Assembly (NCBI GenBank): GCA_051362555.1
Contig: CM120646.1
Coordinates: 8,494,001-8,558,000, forward strand
Source of the DNA: Lingula anatina
Lineage: Eukaryota; Animalia; Brachiopoda
Length of the DNA stretch: 64,000 bases
Direction: 5' to 3'
Below are positions 24,807 to 37,921 of this stretch, piece after piece; the first letter of the stretch is position 1; every line of letters starts with the position of its first letter. The notes beneath the pieces were generated by a model. The model was not told the DNA's origin and made no database searches. It saw only the letters and a list, made by a program, of their open reading frames with translations. The position numbers and the translations under genes were made by a program.

Positions 24807-26197
24807 AATAATAATAATAATAATAATAATATTTATTTCTTAAAACCGCACTACACTAGCGTCTCAGTGCTGTTTACAGGTAAAACTATTAGGATTACAA
24901 CTTATAATATATATAATAAAAGCTAAGGTAAAAAAAAAAAAAAAAATTAAAACTGGTTAAAATAGTAATGGTCTGAACAATAAAACTTTTTTTTTTGATA
25001 AAATGAGAAAATATTAATTAAAATACTGTGCAAATAAGAATGTTTTTAAATCTTTTTTAAAAACCTCAACACTGTCAATAGTCCGAATGTGTGAGGGTAA
25101 TTGATTCCATAAAATTGGTGCTGAAATTGAAAATGCCCTGTGGCCGTAGGTTTTGGTTGTTTTTTTATTATCATTTCTGATAAAACAAGGAGTGGAGGTG
25201 GATCTGGTAGACCTGGTGAGACTGGGTGTACTTGGATGTAGCATCGAGTTAAAATATGAGGGGCATTCACCTCTAGTGAATTTAAAAACAAACAACAGTA
25301 ATTTAAAAACAATTCTCTGTCGTACAGGAAGCCAATGTAGTTCGAATAAAATGGGTGAAATGTTTGATCTGAGAGGGATTTTGGTCAGTAGTCGTGCTGC
25401 AGCATTTTGGACAGATTGCAATTTTTCAATTTGATAGGTAGGAAGACCATACAGTAGACTGTTTCCGTAGTCAAGATGTGAAGTTATAAAGGCATGGACA
25501 AGCCTCTCCATTCGACTTTTATCAAGGATGTGGGATAGTTTGGAAATTTTTTTAAGACCATAGAAAGCGGCTTTGCATTTTTTGCTGATGTCGGCAGCCA
25601 TATCGCACCTATTATCAAAAATTACTCCAAGGTTCTTAACCTCATCTTTTACCGTGACTGTACTGTTTCCAATTTCTAATAGTTCTAGTTTTTCCGCATC
25701 CTTAGAAAAACGAGAAGTAAAGTGAACTACTTCTGTTTTGCCATCATTGAAAACAAGTGAATTGGCATTAAGCCATTGGCTCAACTGAATAATACATTTC
25801 TGGATAGATGGTATTACATCTGATGGCCTGTCGCAAACAATATAAATTTGTGAGTCGTCTGCATAGAGCATAAGGTTAAAACCGTACTCAGAGACAATGT
25901 CCTCAATTGGTGACGTGTAGAGAGTGAACAGGATGGGGCCGAGTACAGAACCTTGTGGTACACCACAAGTTAGTGGTATTGACGGTGATTTGTGAGTGCC
26001 TATTGAGACTGATTGTTCACGCTCAGTCAGGTATGATTTGAACCATGCCAATGCAATACCATCTATACCGAAACGATTTTTTAGTCTGTTGAACAAAATT
26101 TCGTGGTTTATTGTGTCAAAGGCTGCAGACAAATCAAGTAATAATAAGACCACTTGTTTCTGATCATTGAGTGCCAGAAGAATATCATGGTTCAAAA
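24807..26197 (-). mobile_element. 5'-truncated L2-clade LINE
   Basis: RT ORF, then a 3' UTR with stem-loop GCACTGAGACGCTAGTGTAGTGC and an (ATT)n tail at 24807-24831. Confidence 0.9.
25014..26195 (-). CDS. LINE reverse transcriptase, C-terminal part (L2/CR1 group)
   Basis: [43 protein letters not shown] motifs; 393 uninterrupted codons; no real start. Confidence 0.95.
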   Translation of the reverse strand: MNHDILLALNDQKQVVLLLLDLSAAFDTINHEILFNRLKNRFGIDGIALAWFKSYLTEREQSVSIGTHKSPSIPLTCGVPQGSVLGPILFTLYTSPIEDIVSEYGFNLMLYADDSQIYIVCDRPSDVIPSIQKCIIQLSQWLNANSLVFNDGKTEVVHFTSRFSKDAEKLELLEIGNSTVTVKDEVKNLGVIFDNRCDMAADISKKCKAAFYGLKKISKLSHILDKSRMERLVHAFITSHLDYGNSLLYGLPTYQIEKLQSVQNAAARLLTKIPLRSNISPILFELHWLPVRQRIVFKLLLFVFKFTRGECPSYFNSMLHPSTPSLTRSTRSTSTPCFIRNDNKKTTKTYGHRAFSISAPILWNQLPSHIRTIDSVEVFKKDLKTFLFAQYFN

Positions 26198-26269
26198 TGG
26201 TTCAAAACGCCTTCACAGTGAAGTTGTTATTGCAATTTCAGCTGCTGGGGTTAGGTGAAGGGGCGAGGA

Positions 26270-26456
26270 CAGGGGAGGATCCAGGATTATTAGAAGGGGG
26301 GGGGGGATTTGGTGTTTTGGAGAGCAAACAGTGCCCTTTTGTACGGTTTAGAACTATTTAATTTAGTTACCCTGTAGTCAAAATTCTAATTTCAAGAAGG
26401 GAATATTGGTGTGATATATTTTTCAGAAACCGAAGGGGAGGTCAGGACCACCTGAC
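26270..26456 (+). mobile_element. CAGGGGCGGATC-family MITE, degraded
   Basis: CAGGGGAGGATCCAGGATTATT...TTCTAATTTCAAGA...GGTCAGGACC shared with the 46606 copy. Confidence 0.65.
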
Positions 26457-27258
26457 AATTTCATACATCACATGATTATTTGACATGCCAGTACAACACT
26501 TAAAGGACATTCAATTTTATCCTATATAAGGATTTAAAACGATGCATGTATTTTATTTCCTCGAGAAATGATATTTTGACATAGGGGCCCCGGTTCATAT
26601 GTAAAAACAACTTTTTATACGCGGTAATACTGTATTCTGACGTTTGTCTTGTCTCAACATGGTTGTAACGTCTACCACAGAATTGATGGAAATGTGCCGT
26701 TGGCCGCTGTAAATGCATATTGTAGGCCATAAAAACCGATTTTTAACCATTTACCTAAAATATCTTGTTAAAGGGTTTTTAAAGCACGTCTCTTTGGTAC
26801 TTGAGTTCCTCATCTACTGATACGCATAGTACATGTATATCCCTTTATGGAATTGTAATATCAAGTTTTTCATGAATCTCTCAAATTTAGTATTACTTGC
26901 AAGGTATACTATCAACACACAAGACATGGTGCATTTTTCACTTGTGTCAGACGACAAGACTCAACACCACATATAACGCGGGATTTTCCATGATTTGGTC
27001 ACTTATTAAACAGTGGATCTAAGAGGGAGGGAGGGACTTACCTCTCCCTTTATACCTATAATTTCTAAAATACACATTTTCCCAATCCCACCCCTCTTCC
27101 ACGCATTTGCACTTTTGCACTTTTAGCTATTCTGATCAAAGTAAAATAATATTATATGTGATTGTAATCCGTTAATGGTCCCTCAATGACATTCATGACA
27201 TTCATCGAGAGACCATTAAAGGATTACGCGGTCTTCCTTTCATGTAGGTCAAAATAAC

Positions 27259-27695
27259 CGCGCAAAGGATTGTGGTCTATATGAGGGTCCAACTCGCCTC
27301 GAGCCAAGGGGGCCAACTAGCCCCAGGTGCACAGTTTTTAGATTTAAGGATTGCAGCCATTTATGGTGCAAGAATGGACTACGTCAATACAATTTTGTAA
27401 AATTTCAAACAATTAGCTATAGTCTGATGCCTTATGCGTATATATTCGATCAAAAGCCTATGAAAATAGATTTTTAAATCTCTTAAACAAAATTACTTTT
27501 AGGTGCAAAAATCGTTTATTTGGACTCACCACTTGGGTAAAACTTTTTAGCGTCCGACACTTCCTTAGTATGGTAGGCTACGGTCACTATACAAGAGAAT
27601 GTGGCCATTTTTTTTTTACCTCGTAGTTACTTTTTCATAAATTGGGAGAGGGGGGGGGCAACTTACCCCGGAGTCCAACTAGCCCCAGTCTCCCC
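27259..27695 (-). mobile_element. Partial inverted copy of the 19302 element with intact terminus
   Basis: Reverse complement of ~19302-19712; ends CCAACTAGCCCCAGTCTCCCC-TA. Confidence 0.8.
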
Positions 27696-27959
27696 TAGGT
27701 GCAATTACATAGTAGGTGCCAAAATTTAGTTAGCTTGTGACCCACCCTAAATGAATGGATTAATTTTTGGGGGCCATCCCTTTTTGACGACAAAAAAATG
27801 TGACCCCCCCCCCCCACTTTCTCCGCCCCCACCCCGTACCTTATGATGATGATGATCATTATCCCGATCCTCCGCATATCAAAGATTGTAGGCACACTCC
27901 ATGGACCAAGCCCAACCACTTCTTTCTATCAACTGCCATCCTCGTGACCTCTGTTAAAC

Positions 27960-28129
27960 GGGGGCGTCTCGATAGTCCGAAGGTTCATTGGTCCGAAGGT
28001 TCATTGGTCCGAAAAGTAGTAACATTTTCATCGATTTTTTAATCAAGGGTTTATTGGTCCGAAGGTTCTATAGTGAACATTCGGACCAATGAACCTTCGG
28101 ACTATTGAACCTTCGGACTATCGCTACGG
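27960..28129. mobile_element. Foldback MITE with 15-bp subterminal repeats
   Basis: CGATAGTCCGAAGGTTCA(TTGGTCCGAAGGTTCA)n versus TGAACCTTCGGACTATCG; flanked by direct repeat TGTTAAAC (27952 and 28130). Confidence 0.8.
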
Positions 28130-31100
28130 TGTTAAACTTGTCCATTTTTGTATGTTGGTTTTCCATCCAAACCTTAGCCAGCCACGTTTTCTCTTTATTG
28201 GGACATGTAAACAACTAATTTTCTCTGTCCCTCAATAAAGATACGTAGCAGTTACTTTTTATTAGCACCTCAATTAGGAATCGTTCATTCATAAAAAGGA
28301 AAAAGGATATAGAATAGATATAAGTAAAGTAACAGTGTGTAGAGGGTAAACGTTGTCTGGATAGGGCATACATGTAGAACACATTGGGGGGGGGGGGGGG
28401 GGGGGGGGCTTCTGGCTGTTACTAAATTCATCCCAGAAGCGAATCAAGCAATGATTCGTAATTAAAAAGAAAAAAACCCTTGAGGAATATTTGATTTAGT
28501 AGCTTCAATTATATTTTACTATTGTTAATATTATAAATTGATTTAATACAGATTAATCAAGATCACCACCTTTGAAATCTCTGGTTTGAGCTTCACTTCC
28601 TGCCAGCTTTATTACTAAAGACAATCTAATTTGCATATAAGAGAAAAAAGCCGTTTTTATCTTGTGTTGGGTTCTTTACATATTTTTTCGTTATTTTTAA
28701 AAAGCAATGTTCCTTTTGTACTGACACATTTATAGATATTTTATCAATATGTGTAATTTATTAATTATATAATCATAAAAACAACATATTCCAGGCGTGA
28801 ATGACGTAATCCCTCCCAGATCATAAAAGTCGTAAAATAGTGATGACTGGTGAAGTAGGTCAATTGCCTGTATAATTCTCCCATACGATTATTGATTTTT
28901 TCTAACGTGGAACATTTTGGGGGGAGAATGAAGAGAGAGAGGGGTTAAATTACCAAAAATAATTGGCATGCCTAGAATAGCTGGAAGCAGAATATACTGC
29001 AAAATCAAGAAAAGTTAAAAAAAAAGTCCATTCATTCAATTTCAGCGAGTACAAGTTTACAGATATTATGAGATCTTTGTATTTAATCTGCCTCTCCCTA
29101 AAATGGCGCTGACCGCGTTAACTCTTCCGCTCCCGGGAAACGCAGAGACTCCAGCGCCAAGTGGCAGCATGAGACCCGACAACGATACGTGGACATAGTA
29201 GCTAGGGTGGGTTGGGAGGGGGTTACCCCCCCTCCCCCCCCACACACATTTTCCAACCACGTCAGTATTCAGCGGAGAGAGTATGGTGGACTAACATTAT
29301 ATACTTTCCCTCAGCTCGAGGAAGACAGCACCAGGGGCACTCAGGTAAACTGATTAGAGATGTGGTCAGCAGTGAACTCGATGCAGTGGTCAGTGTCACT
29401 GTCAGTGGGTTATATTGATATTATTATTTTATAGACTTATTTGGTATCAATGCTATGTTTATATATAATAAGTGTCTTTCTGTGTTCAGGCATGGAATTT
29501 CTGTCAACAGATTTCTGTTATGTCTAAAAGTTCGCTCTGGGAATCTGTGCAGATAGGATGTAAAAAGCTTTTTTCCTCGGAACCACTTTTCCATGTTTTG
29601 AAATAAACATATTCAGTTCTAGGTCGGCAGAACTGTTTACTTTTGAAATGCATTCTTTTATTTGGGTGAAAAAAAATTAACCACTACACTAATACATGTT
29701 GCTATATTCTCACATGCCTATAGACAGTGCTCAGGTAGATAGCCACAGTTTACACCTAATGACAGCATCCTGGTCTTGCAATAGAAATTATAGTTAGGAA
29801 AATTTGACATGATTATATTTTAATGTTTTGATGCAAGAATATCATTTTCGTTGCTTCAGTTATCCTACACATGTTCACATTGTACTTTGTTGAAAAGAAA
29901 AATTTACTTTCATTTCTTTGTACAGAGGACTTAAATTTGACCTTGTTTGGTTTATATTTATTGATATATCAACCAGAAATTTGTAAATGTTATATGATGT
30001 TATTTGCTTTTTAGAAATGATATACTTGTTTAGGTAAACTTTTTGAAAAAAATTCAACTGCTTAATTTTCAGGAAGTTCACTCTAGATGGCAGCATTGAT
30101 GTTTGTGACAAAATGATAGATGCAGATGTGTTGAATCCATCATTTGCTCTTCAAAAAGAGGTAAGTGCATGCTCTTAGAGTAATCTAAAAATAGTCTTAT
30201 TTTTAGTAAATTGTTATAGATTCTATAAAAGGTGCTGAAATGTCAAACTTATTATATCATTTAAAATGCTTATTACAGCATATAAAGTCTTGTACACTGT
30301 AGGCATTTGAAAATGACCCAAAGTCATAATTTTTAAGTCTATATATATATATCCTGTAAACATCTATCACCATTTAAGGGTTCAAGGATATTAAAAATAC
30401 GTCTAAAACTCGATTTTTAGTTTTTTATACGTTAGAAATAATCAATATTGTATCTAATACTCAATTAAGTTATATTTTTGCAACACGGACTAAGTGTTGG
30501 ACGAGTTTTTACACCTGTCCGTGGCAGCCTTTAGGCACTTCCGGCCTTCCTTGTTTAGCAAGTTTGAATTAAGAAGATTTGCATATAAGAGAAAAATGAG
30601 TTTATTTTTCCATTTTGGATCATATGAAAATTTTGAAATAAATTTTAGAAATAAATTTGTTCATTTACCTTTAATTTGATGTGTTATTTTTCATTTCAGA
30701 GTGAAATTTTACTGCCTGGGGCCAGTTTAACATGACCTCCCCTCTGCTGCATTTTAGTGCTTATTTTGGCTGACTGGCGGCAGCACCTTACGGGTCATGT
30801 CATGTCACTGGCAAGCTATGCCATTAATGCACCCTGATTTTTTAATATTATTTAGGCCTTGAGTAGAAGTATTTAAACCTGAAGTGTTGTGTTTGTTGAT
30901 GCATGGGAAATATTTTTAAGAGAATTAAACGTTACAATGGAAGTGAATGGGATTTTTAATAGACGTTTGTAACCTACATGTAGTTCTCAGATTTGCAGAT
31001 AAAATCGATCAGTCACTAAAATACAAGTAGGACTTTTCCACTAAACTCGTTCTAAAGGTGCATGTAGTATATAAATGGTTAATCAGACTTCGTATTTCGG

Positions 31101-31188
31101 ATTAATGGCCTAATTGCACCAATAAGGGGCTTTGACCAACTTACTTGATAAAGTATGTGTTCCCATCATGCTAAAGTGACTCTTTTAA

Positions 31189-31398
31189 GCCCCCTTTACA
31201 CTGGACGGCGTCCCTTCTGCGTCCAGCAGTTCGGCCCCATTTGAGAGTTAAAGAATTATAATACTTTACGTGCCGACAACTGGCCGATCATTGAGCATTC
31301 ATTCTGATACCAAATCAATGCTCGTGCCTCCTTATTAAGACCACAGCGATGCCAAATTTCATGGTCACAGAAAGGACGCCGTCCAGTGTAAAGGGGGT
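31189..31398. mobile_element. PIF/Harbinger-like MITE
   Basis: TIR CCCCCTTTACACTGGACGGCGTCC / GGACGCCGTCCAGTGTAAAGGGGG with TAA/TTA-type flanks. Confidence 0.85.
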
Positions 31399-31871
31399 AT
31401 TAAGGACTATTGAATGCATGATATTTTCTCTAGCTAAATTTACCTAGATCATATTGCGTTTTATTTTCAGGAGAAATGCTGGTTTCGATAATTTTTAAAA
31501 TAAATATTAAAACAATTAAGACATTATCATAGTTCACATTACAGCATATTGTGCTTATTTATGACCATCATTATTTTCTTCAAATGCGGATAATTGGATT
31601 GGATGTAAAATCTGTTTTGGGTGACATCTAAATATAAATGAAGTATTTGTTTCACTTTCGCTGGGATTACTTGAAATACTGGTGCTTCAATTTTAGTAAA
31701 GCCATTGAAAAAAAAAAGAAAGCAAAGCTGTTACTTATCCACTTTGCATTAACGTTAAGTGCTTTGCCACTGTGTAACAACCAGTCTCTTTCATCGCGCT
31801 GTTAGTATTTCAAAGTATTTCAACTATTGCACAATATGGAAAATCGGTTTCACATCAAAGTGTCATCAAAA

Positions 31872-34800
31872 TCAACCTGCCCCAAACGCATCTTTCGGTG
31901 CACTAATGTCTCCCCAGGGTATTTGCTTGAATGTGTCCATATTCTCTGACAGTGAAATAGCACTAATGCGGCGTACAGATCGTCCGCTTCTTCGGCCGTT
32001 ATCGTACTTCTTTGGTGTTTTTGGCTCCGGCGAAGGCGACGCGCCTGTAAAAGGGATAATATTAAGGTTTTTATTGCAAGAATGGAATGGTTAAAACATT
32101 TTAAAGGTGTTGATTTTCGTGGTTTGTAATTATGGATGGTATTCTCACTAGTACTTACAACCCCTCTTTATTTCGCTCAAGAACGCACACATACACACTT
32201 TAACCAATGCACACCTCGACCAATAAATACACATACTTAAAGTTTCTTTTTCCTTAATAGTTGGAAATGCAGCACTCCTGCCCTGACTGGCTCCACTCCA
32301 TCGACGTTCCTGCACCGGCGACCCTTGGATTGGTTCCATGACTTCCCTTCGGTGAGGGAGGACTGGGCTCGCCCCGTGGTTGCCGTCGTGGTCCTGAGGA
32401 GGCATTATCACGGGCACCATGCTAAAACTGTTTCTCGGCGTATAGGACCTGAGGACAGGCGTCGGGGATACCAAATAATGCTGCAAGGAAAGGGGGAAAG
32501 TACTGTCATTACAAAAACGATTTAACTGTGCAAATAAAATGTATATGATGAAAATATTTCAAGTGTCTTTATAACTTCGGACTAAACTGATTATTCCGAG
32601 ACAATTATTTTTAAGGCTCTCATATTATACGTATGTACAATAGAGTGGAGTGTACATGTATCACCGATCATCGTGTCCGTGGATCACAAATATCCATTTA
32701 ACTTACGTTTTACCACGTACACACTAATTAAACATATCATAATTGTCATACTTTTTGATTTGGTGCGTCGTCGGGCTTCGGTGACCAAACTTGCGTCCCT
32801 CTGCGAGATCCATAATAGGGCGTCCCGTCAGCGGCTCCGCTGCGGAGTGCCTCTCTCTTAAATATACTATCTGCTTTCTGGTTGTAGTGCGGATTCATCA
32901 TGGACGGACGCCTCTTGTCAGCTTCCACACCCCCATACGGACTTCTGGCTGGTCTGAAAGAAATATAAGACAGCAGACTGGGGTTAGAATCTATGGAGTC
33001 GACGGCCTGCTAGACCATGGACGTATATATCAAACTGATAACATTAACACTGTGGGTAACACAGATAATGCCATAAAACGATGACAAATTCACTGTGGCG
33101 GTGTATATGTAAGGCACAGGGACAGAAACTATGTTCGATTTTGTCTCATTAATCTTTTTTGTGGAAAGGCTTGGGTGGCGATGGGGGTAAGGAGGAAGGG
33201 GTATGTCATATGCTAAAAGGGTGAAGAGGGCCATGATCCACTGGGCTAACCCCCCCTCCCATGGAAATACCATTGCTATAGAAACGTATTTATCAAATAT
33301 AAGTAGGGAAATGGAACTTACCACTGTTGGACTAAACCAAGGATACGCTTTTCATGCCAAAAATATCAATAGGGTAATACTTTGCTCCAATGAGTTTAGA
33401 AACAAGCAAAGGGAGTATTATAAAGGGAGCATCTTACACGTATTATTACAGGCTCAACTTCAAAACCTACATTTAAACGAAATGGTTTATTCCTTGGAAA
33501 CCTTTCGACTACTTACAAAGCTGGATTGCGTGCACTTGACCACGCGCAGCAGCTCCAGATCACACCAATGATAACGAGCGTTACAAAGAGACCACATCCG
33601 GCGACGATGGCAGCGATCTCCCAGAGTTTTAAGCCCCTCCCCAGGCCCCAGTCGACCTTGACAGTTTTCTGTTCAGTGGACGCCTGTCGTCGGGGGCGTA
33701 ACAGTAGTGTACCTGGCATTCTTCTTTGGTTCATCAATAAATAATTTGGCTGATGATTCGGCCGCAAGATTATTTGTGTAGTTGTGTAGTTAACGGCGCC
33801 TGCTTTTTTGTTTGAAAACGCTCGTTTCGCACCTACTGCTCTTTGTTGAAGCATTTTCCTCACATGAAATGGATGTGTAGTCCAGTTTTTTTCCTGCGTG
33901 TATCTTTCTTTATCAACTGTTCGTTTATAATCCACGTTCTGAAGAGATATGTTTGATTTGGCATGTGTCTCTCTCGATACAGTGTCGGTTGCTGGACTAG
34001 ACAGAGTAATAAAGTACCATATATTTTGTCGTTTCTTCTGCATTAATTTATCTTTTTTGTGAAGTTGAGTTAAGTCAGTGGGTCGGTATCTTGAAAACGC
34101 CTTGCCACCTGTGCGCATGCGCATCATTAATAGGTGTTTCCGTAGGTCACGCACATAAGGTAGTTTAACCGAAATCCGTAAATTTACCTCTTTATCGTAC
34201 CGGTTGTCAAGTTTACCCGAAAACAGTCCAAATTTAACTCGTTGCTGCAAAACAAAAGCATTTTGTAGTATGTAGACATATTAAATGTGCAGGAAATATT
34301 GGCTGGTAAAAAAACGCACGGAACTTAAAATTTTAATATCATGAAAATTATGCATTACCATGTATGATTTAATAAAATTTCAACTCCAGCAGATTAGACT
34401 TGGACTCAGTAGCCTTTGTAACGTTCATACGGCAATCAAGTAGGTTATGCTAGAAATATGGATATCGGTGATTCACATATACATCGCAATATCCGAGAAA
34501 AGGTATTTTATCCGTATATCATCTGCGGATACAGTGAGAGGGCACAGTGAACCACGTTTCCCTCTCCTAAGCCTCGGCTTCTCTATATCCTGTAATAACT
34601 TACAGTAACACGATCAAAACGAGACAAATTAAAGCAATTTTTCATTCCTGTAAACTATCAAACAGTTAGTTTTCCTGTCTGTCATTTCCCCTTGCGCCCC
34701 CTCCCCCTCCGCCTCCCCCTCCGTCCAAGCAAAATCCTGGGTCCGTCAATTAATGTTTAATCTGTTCTCTCTATTTCTGTTGTAATAAATGTTCTTATCT

Positions 34801-35186
34801 CTGTCGTTGTAACATAGGTTCTCATTTCGCCTAAACTGACACCTTGCACACTATACTGATCATTTATTTTTTTCTGATATATATATTTATGTCTGAAAAA
34901 CAGACATCGCCATATGGAAAACCAGCACCATTTGTATGTTAAAAGTAATTAACAAAAACTAGAAAAATATCCCTTAGTTTGAAAATAAAGAAATACATTT
35001 ACTTACCGTTTTAACGCTCGCGTTGTTAATATCATTTAATGAGAGTATTACTCCTTCGGCGGTTGAGTTTCTGAAATAGGAAGTGCCCCTTTCGCCCTTG
35101 TTTTGTGACGACAAACAGTCAACCGTCAAAATCAACAAAGTGTTGCAAAATACCACTACATATTTAATCGAATTGGGAGAAAACAT
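31872..35186 (-). CDS. Uncharacterised single-pass type-I membrane protein, 5 exons, 508 aa
   Basis: Exons 35186-35007, 34244-33517, 32953-32752, 32480-32237, 32044-31872; all GT-AG, phases 0/2/0/1, total 1527 nt. Hydrophobic N-terminus (YVVVFCNTLLILTVDC) and TM IAAIVAGCGLFVTLVIIGVIW. Confidence 0.85.
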
Positions 35187-36599
35187 TGTCTTAGTTTCAA
35201 ATTATCGAATGATTATCAAGAATAATTTATCCCACTTGTTAGTTGTCCTGTCGCGGCACTGCTTCCCGTTGTGTAACTAATGTAAAACTCGATATAACTC
35301 AGTTGCGCAACCAGAAAATCATTATATGTTATCCGCTCTTTCCAGTGTTAGCAGGGTAAAAACGCCAAACCACACCACAAGGCTGTAGCTGATTCTTTTG
35401 ACCATGCCAAGCAAGGTACATTTGATTCATTTTCCAAATATATAAGGCCTATTATTTTGCGGGATTCGTTGTTTGTTGCAAACCGCTATTAGCGCTCATT
35501 ACGGCACAGGTTGTTTAGGCGTTGCTATTAGTGTTGCACTGATAACACGTACTTGCCTCCGTCATTTCCTCAGGTGTTTTTGTGGTAGCTTGGGAAACTA
35601 CGATAACTGTATATCTTGTGAGGGAATGATTAATTTTTCTAAGTGTTTTTTTTTTCTTATTTCAAGACCGAAGGCATCTTGATATGACGAAGAATTGAGA
35701 GGAACTAATCCATTAGAGCACGATTCTCTGTTTTGACATTCCTTTATAATTTTACCAACTATGAATTTTTTTCATATGAAAAATATAAAGGCTTGTCAAA
35801 AGTATGAGTTTATCAAAATTTCAGTTCAAATTGATAATAGTGTTTTATAAAAAATGCACAGTCAATGATGGACCCAATATTTATTTATTTAGTGTGTGTG
35901 TGTGCGCGTGCCTGCGTGCCTGCGTGCCTGCCTACCTGTGTTTGTATGTGTGTTTATGTGAGTGGCTAAAACATTTCTTTCCAAATATGAATCGACAAAC
36001 AAGGTCAATTTAAATACTATGTAGGGCACAAAAATGAAAAATTTTGATTTTGTATGGTTTTATTCTTTTTATAGAGGGGGGGGGGGGGGGGGGGGGCAGG
36101 GGAGGGGGGCCTGTACCCCTGATGCTGAGGAAGGGTCACGTCCTCCATGTGTCCTCTGGTCTGCTATTGACAGTTTGGACACAAGTCGTGTTGCAATAGA
36201 GTCAAGGACGGTCTGACAAAGCGATTAAAGTTGAACATATAGATTGCTATGGATATAAGACGACCAAATGATCTATTAAAATGCTTAGCTCCATTACTTT
36301 TGTTTTATCTGGGACCACATCTAAGAAATTGTGATTGTTTTGACAATGATTTTCACTGTGACAAATGCAGTGACAATTGCCCATTGATGCATGTAAATGT
36401 TATTTCTCCAGGGTCAATCTTTCGTATATAGCATCAAGAATGTAATGCATTTTGATAACATGCACGCAGGACTTACTTTACACAGTCTGCGATCCAAGTC
36501 TAGCAGTCTATAGGTGTGCAAAGTACATGTATAAAATCATGGGTCCAGTATCACAAATAGCATGTGCCAGAATTAGATTGTGACTGGTTGCTTGTTGAT

Positions 36600-36860
36600 A
36601 AAACTTTAGTCCCAACTGGATGGAATCTTAACAATCAGACCAGATAAGATTAGGCGTTCCTTGATATTAATCGAGATTGTCTTGGGTGGTGGCAAAAACG
36701 CAGTCCTGCATGTTAACGAGTGCTGGTTAATGATGAAACGAACTTTCTGCTTGTGTATTTCGATGTGCACTATATCTACCAATCTGCGTATATTAAGACT
36801 CTTAATAACATCTGTATGTGACAAGTATGAAGATGTCCATTCTTGAGATCATTCTGACAT
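36600..36860 (+). mobile_element. Possible highly decayed LINE ORF2 C-terminus
   Basis: Frameshifted fragments LIEI..GW, VNDETNFLL, CALY..LR resemble the CCHC-type tail of CR1/L2-group elements; weak. Confidence 0.25.
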
Positions 36861-36893
36861 AGAGAGGAGAAGCAATTTATCAACATTACTTAA

Positions 36894-37169
36894 GGATACT
36901 GTAAGGGTTTCTTATCATCCAGATACCGAAAATGAGCTTTTCCTGCATCTAATTATTCAATAATGCATCTATCTAATCGGTATGGGGGCGTAACTTCATC
37001 CCTGAGTTGATCACAAGTCTACGGGCTTTTAGTTCAAATACTTTTGTTTTGGGACTATGAGCCCCTAATTACATATTTTCATTAAACAATTGTAGCATGA
37101 AAACCAAACATTAAACAATTTATGTTATCCAAAATAATATATGTAAGGCAGTAAACGTTTACAGTATCC
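36894..37169. mobile_element. Non-autonomous Kolobok-like element
   Basis: TTAA-GGATACTGTAA...TTACAGTATCC-TTAA; interior homologous (reversed) to 48198-48907. Confidence 0.85.
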
Positions 37170-37590
37170 TTAAGGGGATAATATGTTTAATAGGCCTACA
37201 TTTGGCAAAAAAAGCTTTTTCATTCCCGTTTTTTATGTGAAATACTAATCTAAATATTATCGCATAAATATAAATACCTCAAAGAGCACAAACTACCTTT
37301 TGTTGCTATTTCAACCCCACCCCACCCCCACATTTGCTTCTGCACGTAGGGTGGCCATCCCCTCTACCAGGGTGCAAGATATTATAGGGAAAATTACCAA
37401 AAACCAGAGATAGTAAAATAACCGTCTATTTATCTAAATACATGTCTGTGAATATTTTGTGCAAAATCAATCTGTGCCATGGCCCTGGTAGAGGGAAGGG
37501 GAGGGCGGCCGTTTCGCTGCTTTGTAAATAGGTGCGAGATAGAGATCGGTACCCAACGTAGCTCTGTAAGTATAATTATATAATATATAT

Positions 37591-37875
37591 CCCGCACGAA
37601 AATGCAGTAGTATCGAAGTAGCGAAGAAGCATTAACGCAGTAGAGGTGTGGAGCATATTTGCAGTAGAAATGCAGTATACCCTACTGCAATTCTACTTCA
37701 AAAATTGCATAGGTTTGTACAGAGGAGGAGCATAAATGCAGTAGATTAGCAGCATGATAGAAGCATGTTTCAAATATGCTAATTAGCTCCCACATCGAAG
37801 CAGATTTGAAGCATGTTTGCAGTATGATTGCAGTAGTCTACTGCGCTGGAGTATCTACTTCGTTTTATTTTCATG
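37591..37875. mobile_element. CACTA/EnSpm-like remnant with GCAGTAG/GAAGCA subrepeats
   Basis: Starts CCCGCACGAAAAT; many TGCAGTAG and CTACTGC/CTACTTC units in both orientations; right end ATTTTCATG runs into a palindrome. Confidence 0.5.
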
Positions 37876-37921
37876 ATAATAATTTACTTGCTTAAAGCAA
37901 GTAAATTATTATCATGAAAAT
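37867..37921. repeat. Perfect 55-bp palindrome (27-bp arms, 1-nt spacer)
   Basis: ATTTTCATGATAATAATTTACTTGCTT-A-AAGCAAGTAAATTATTATCATGAAAAT. Confidence 0.95.
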
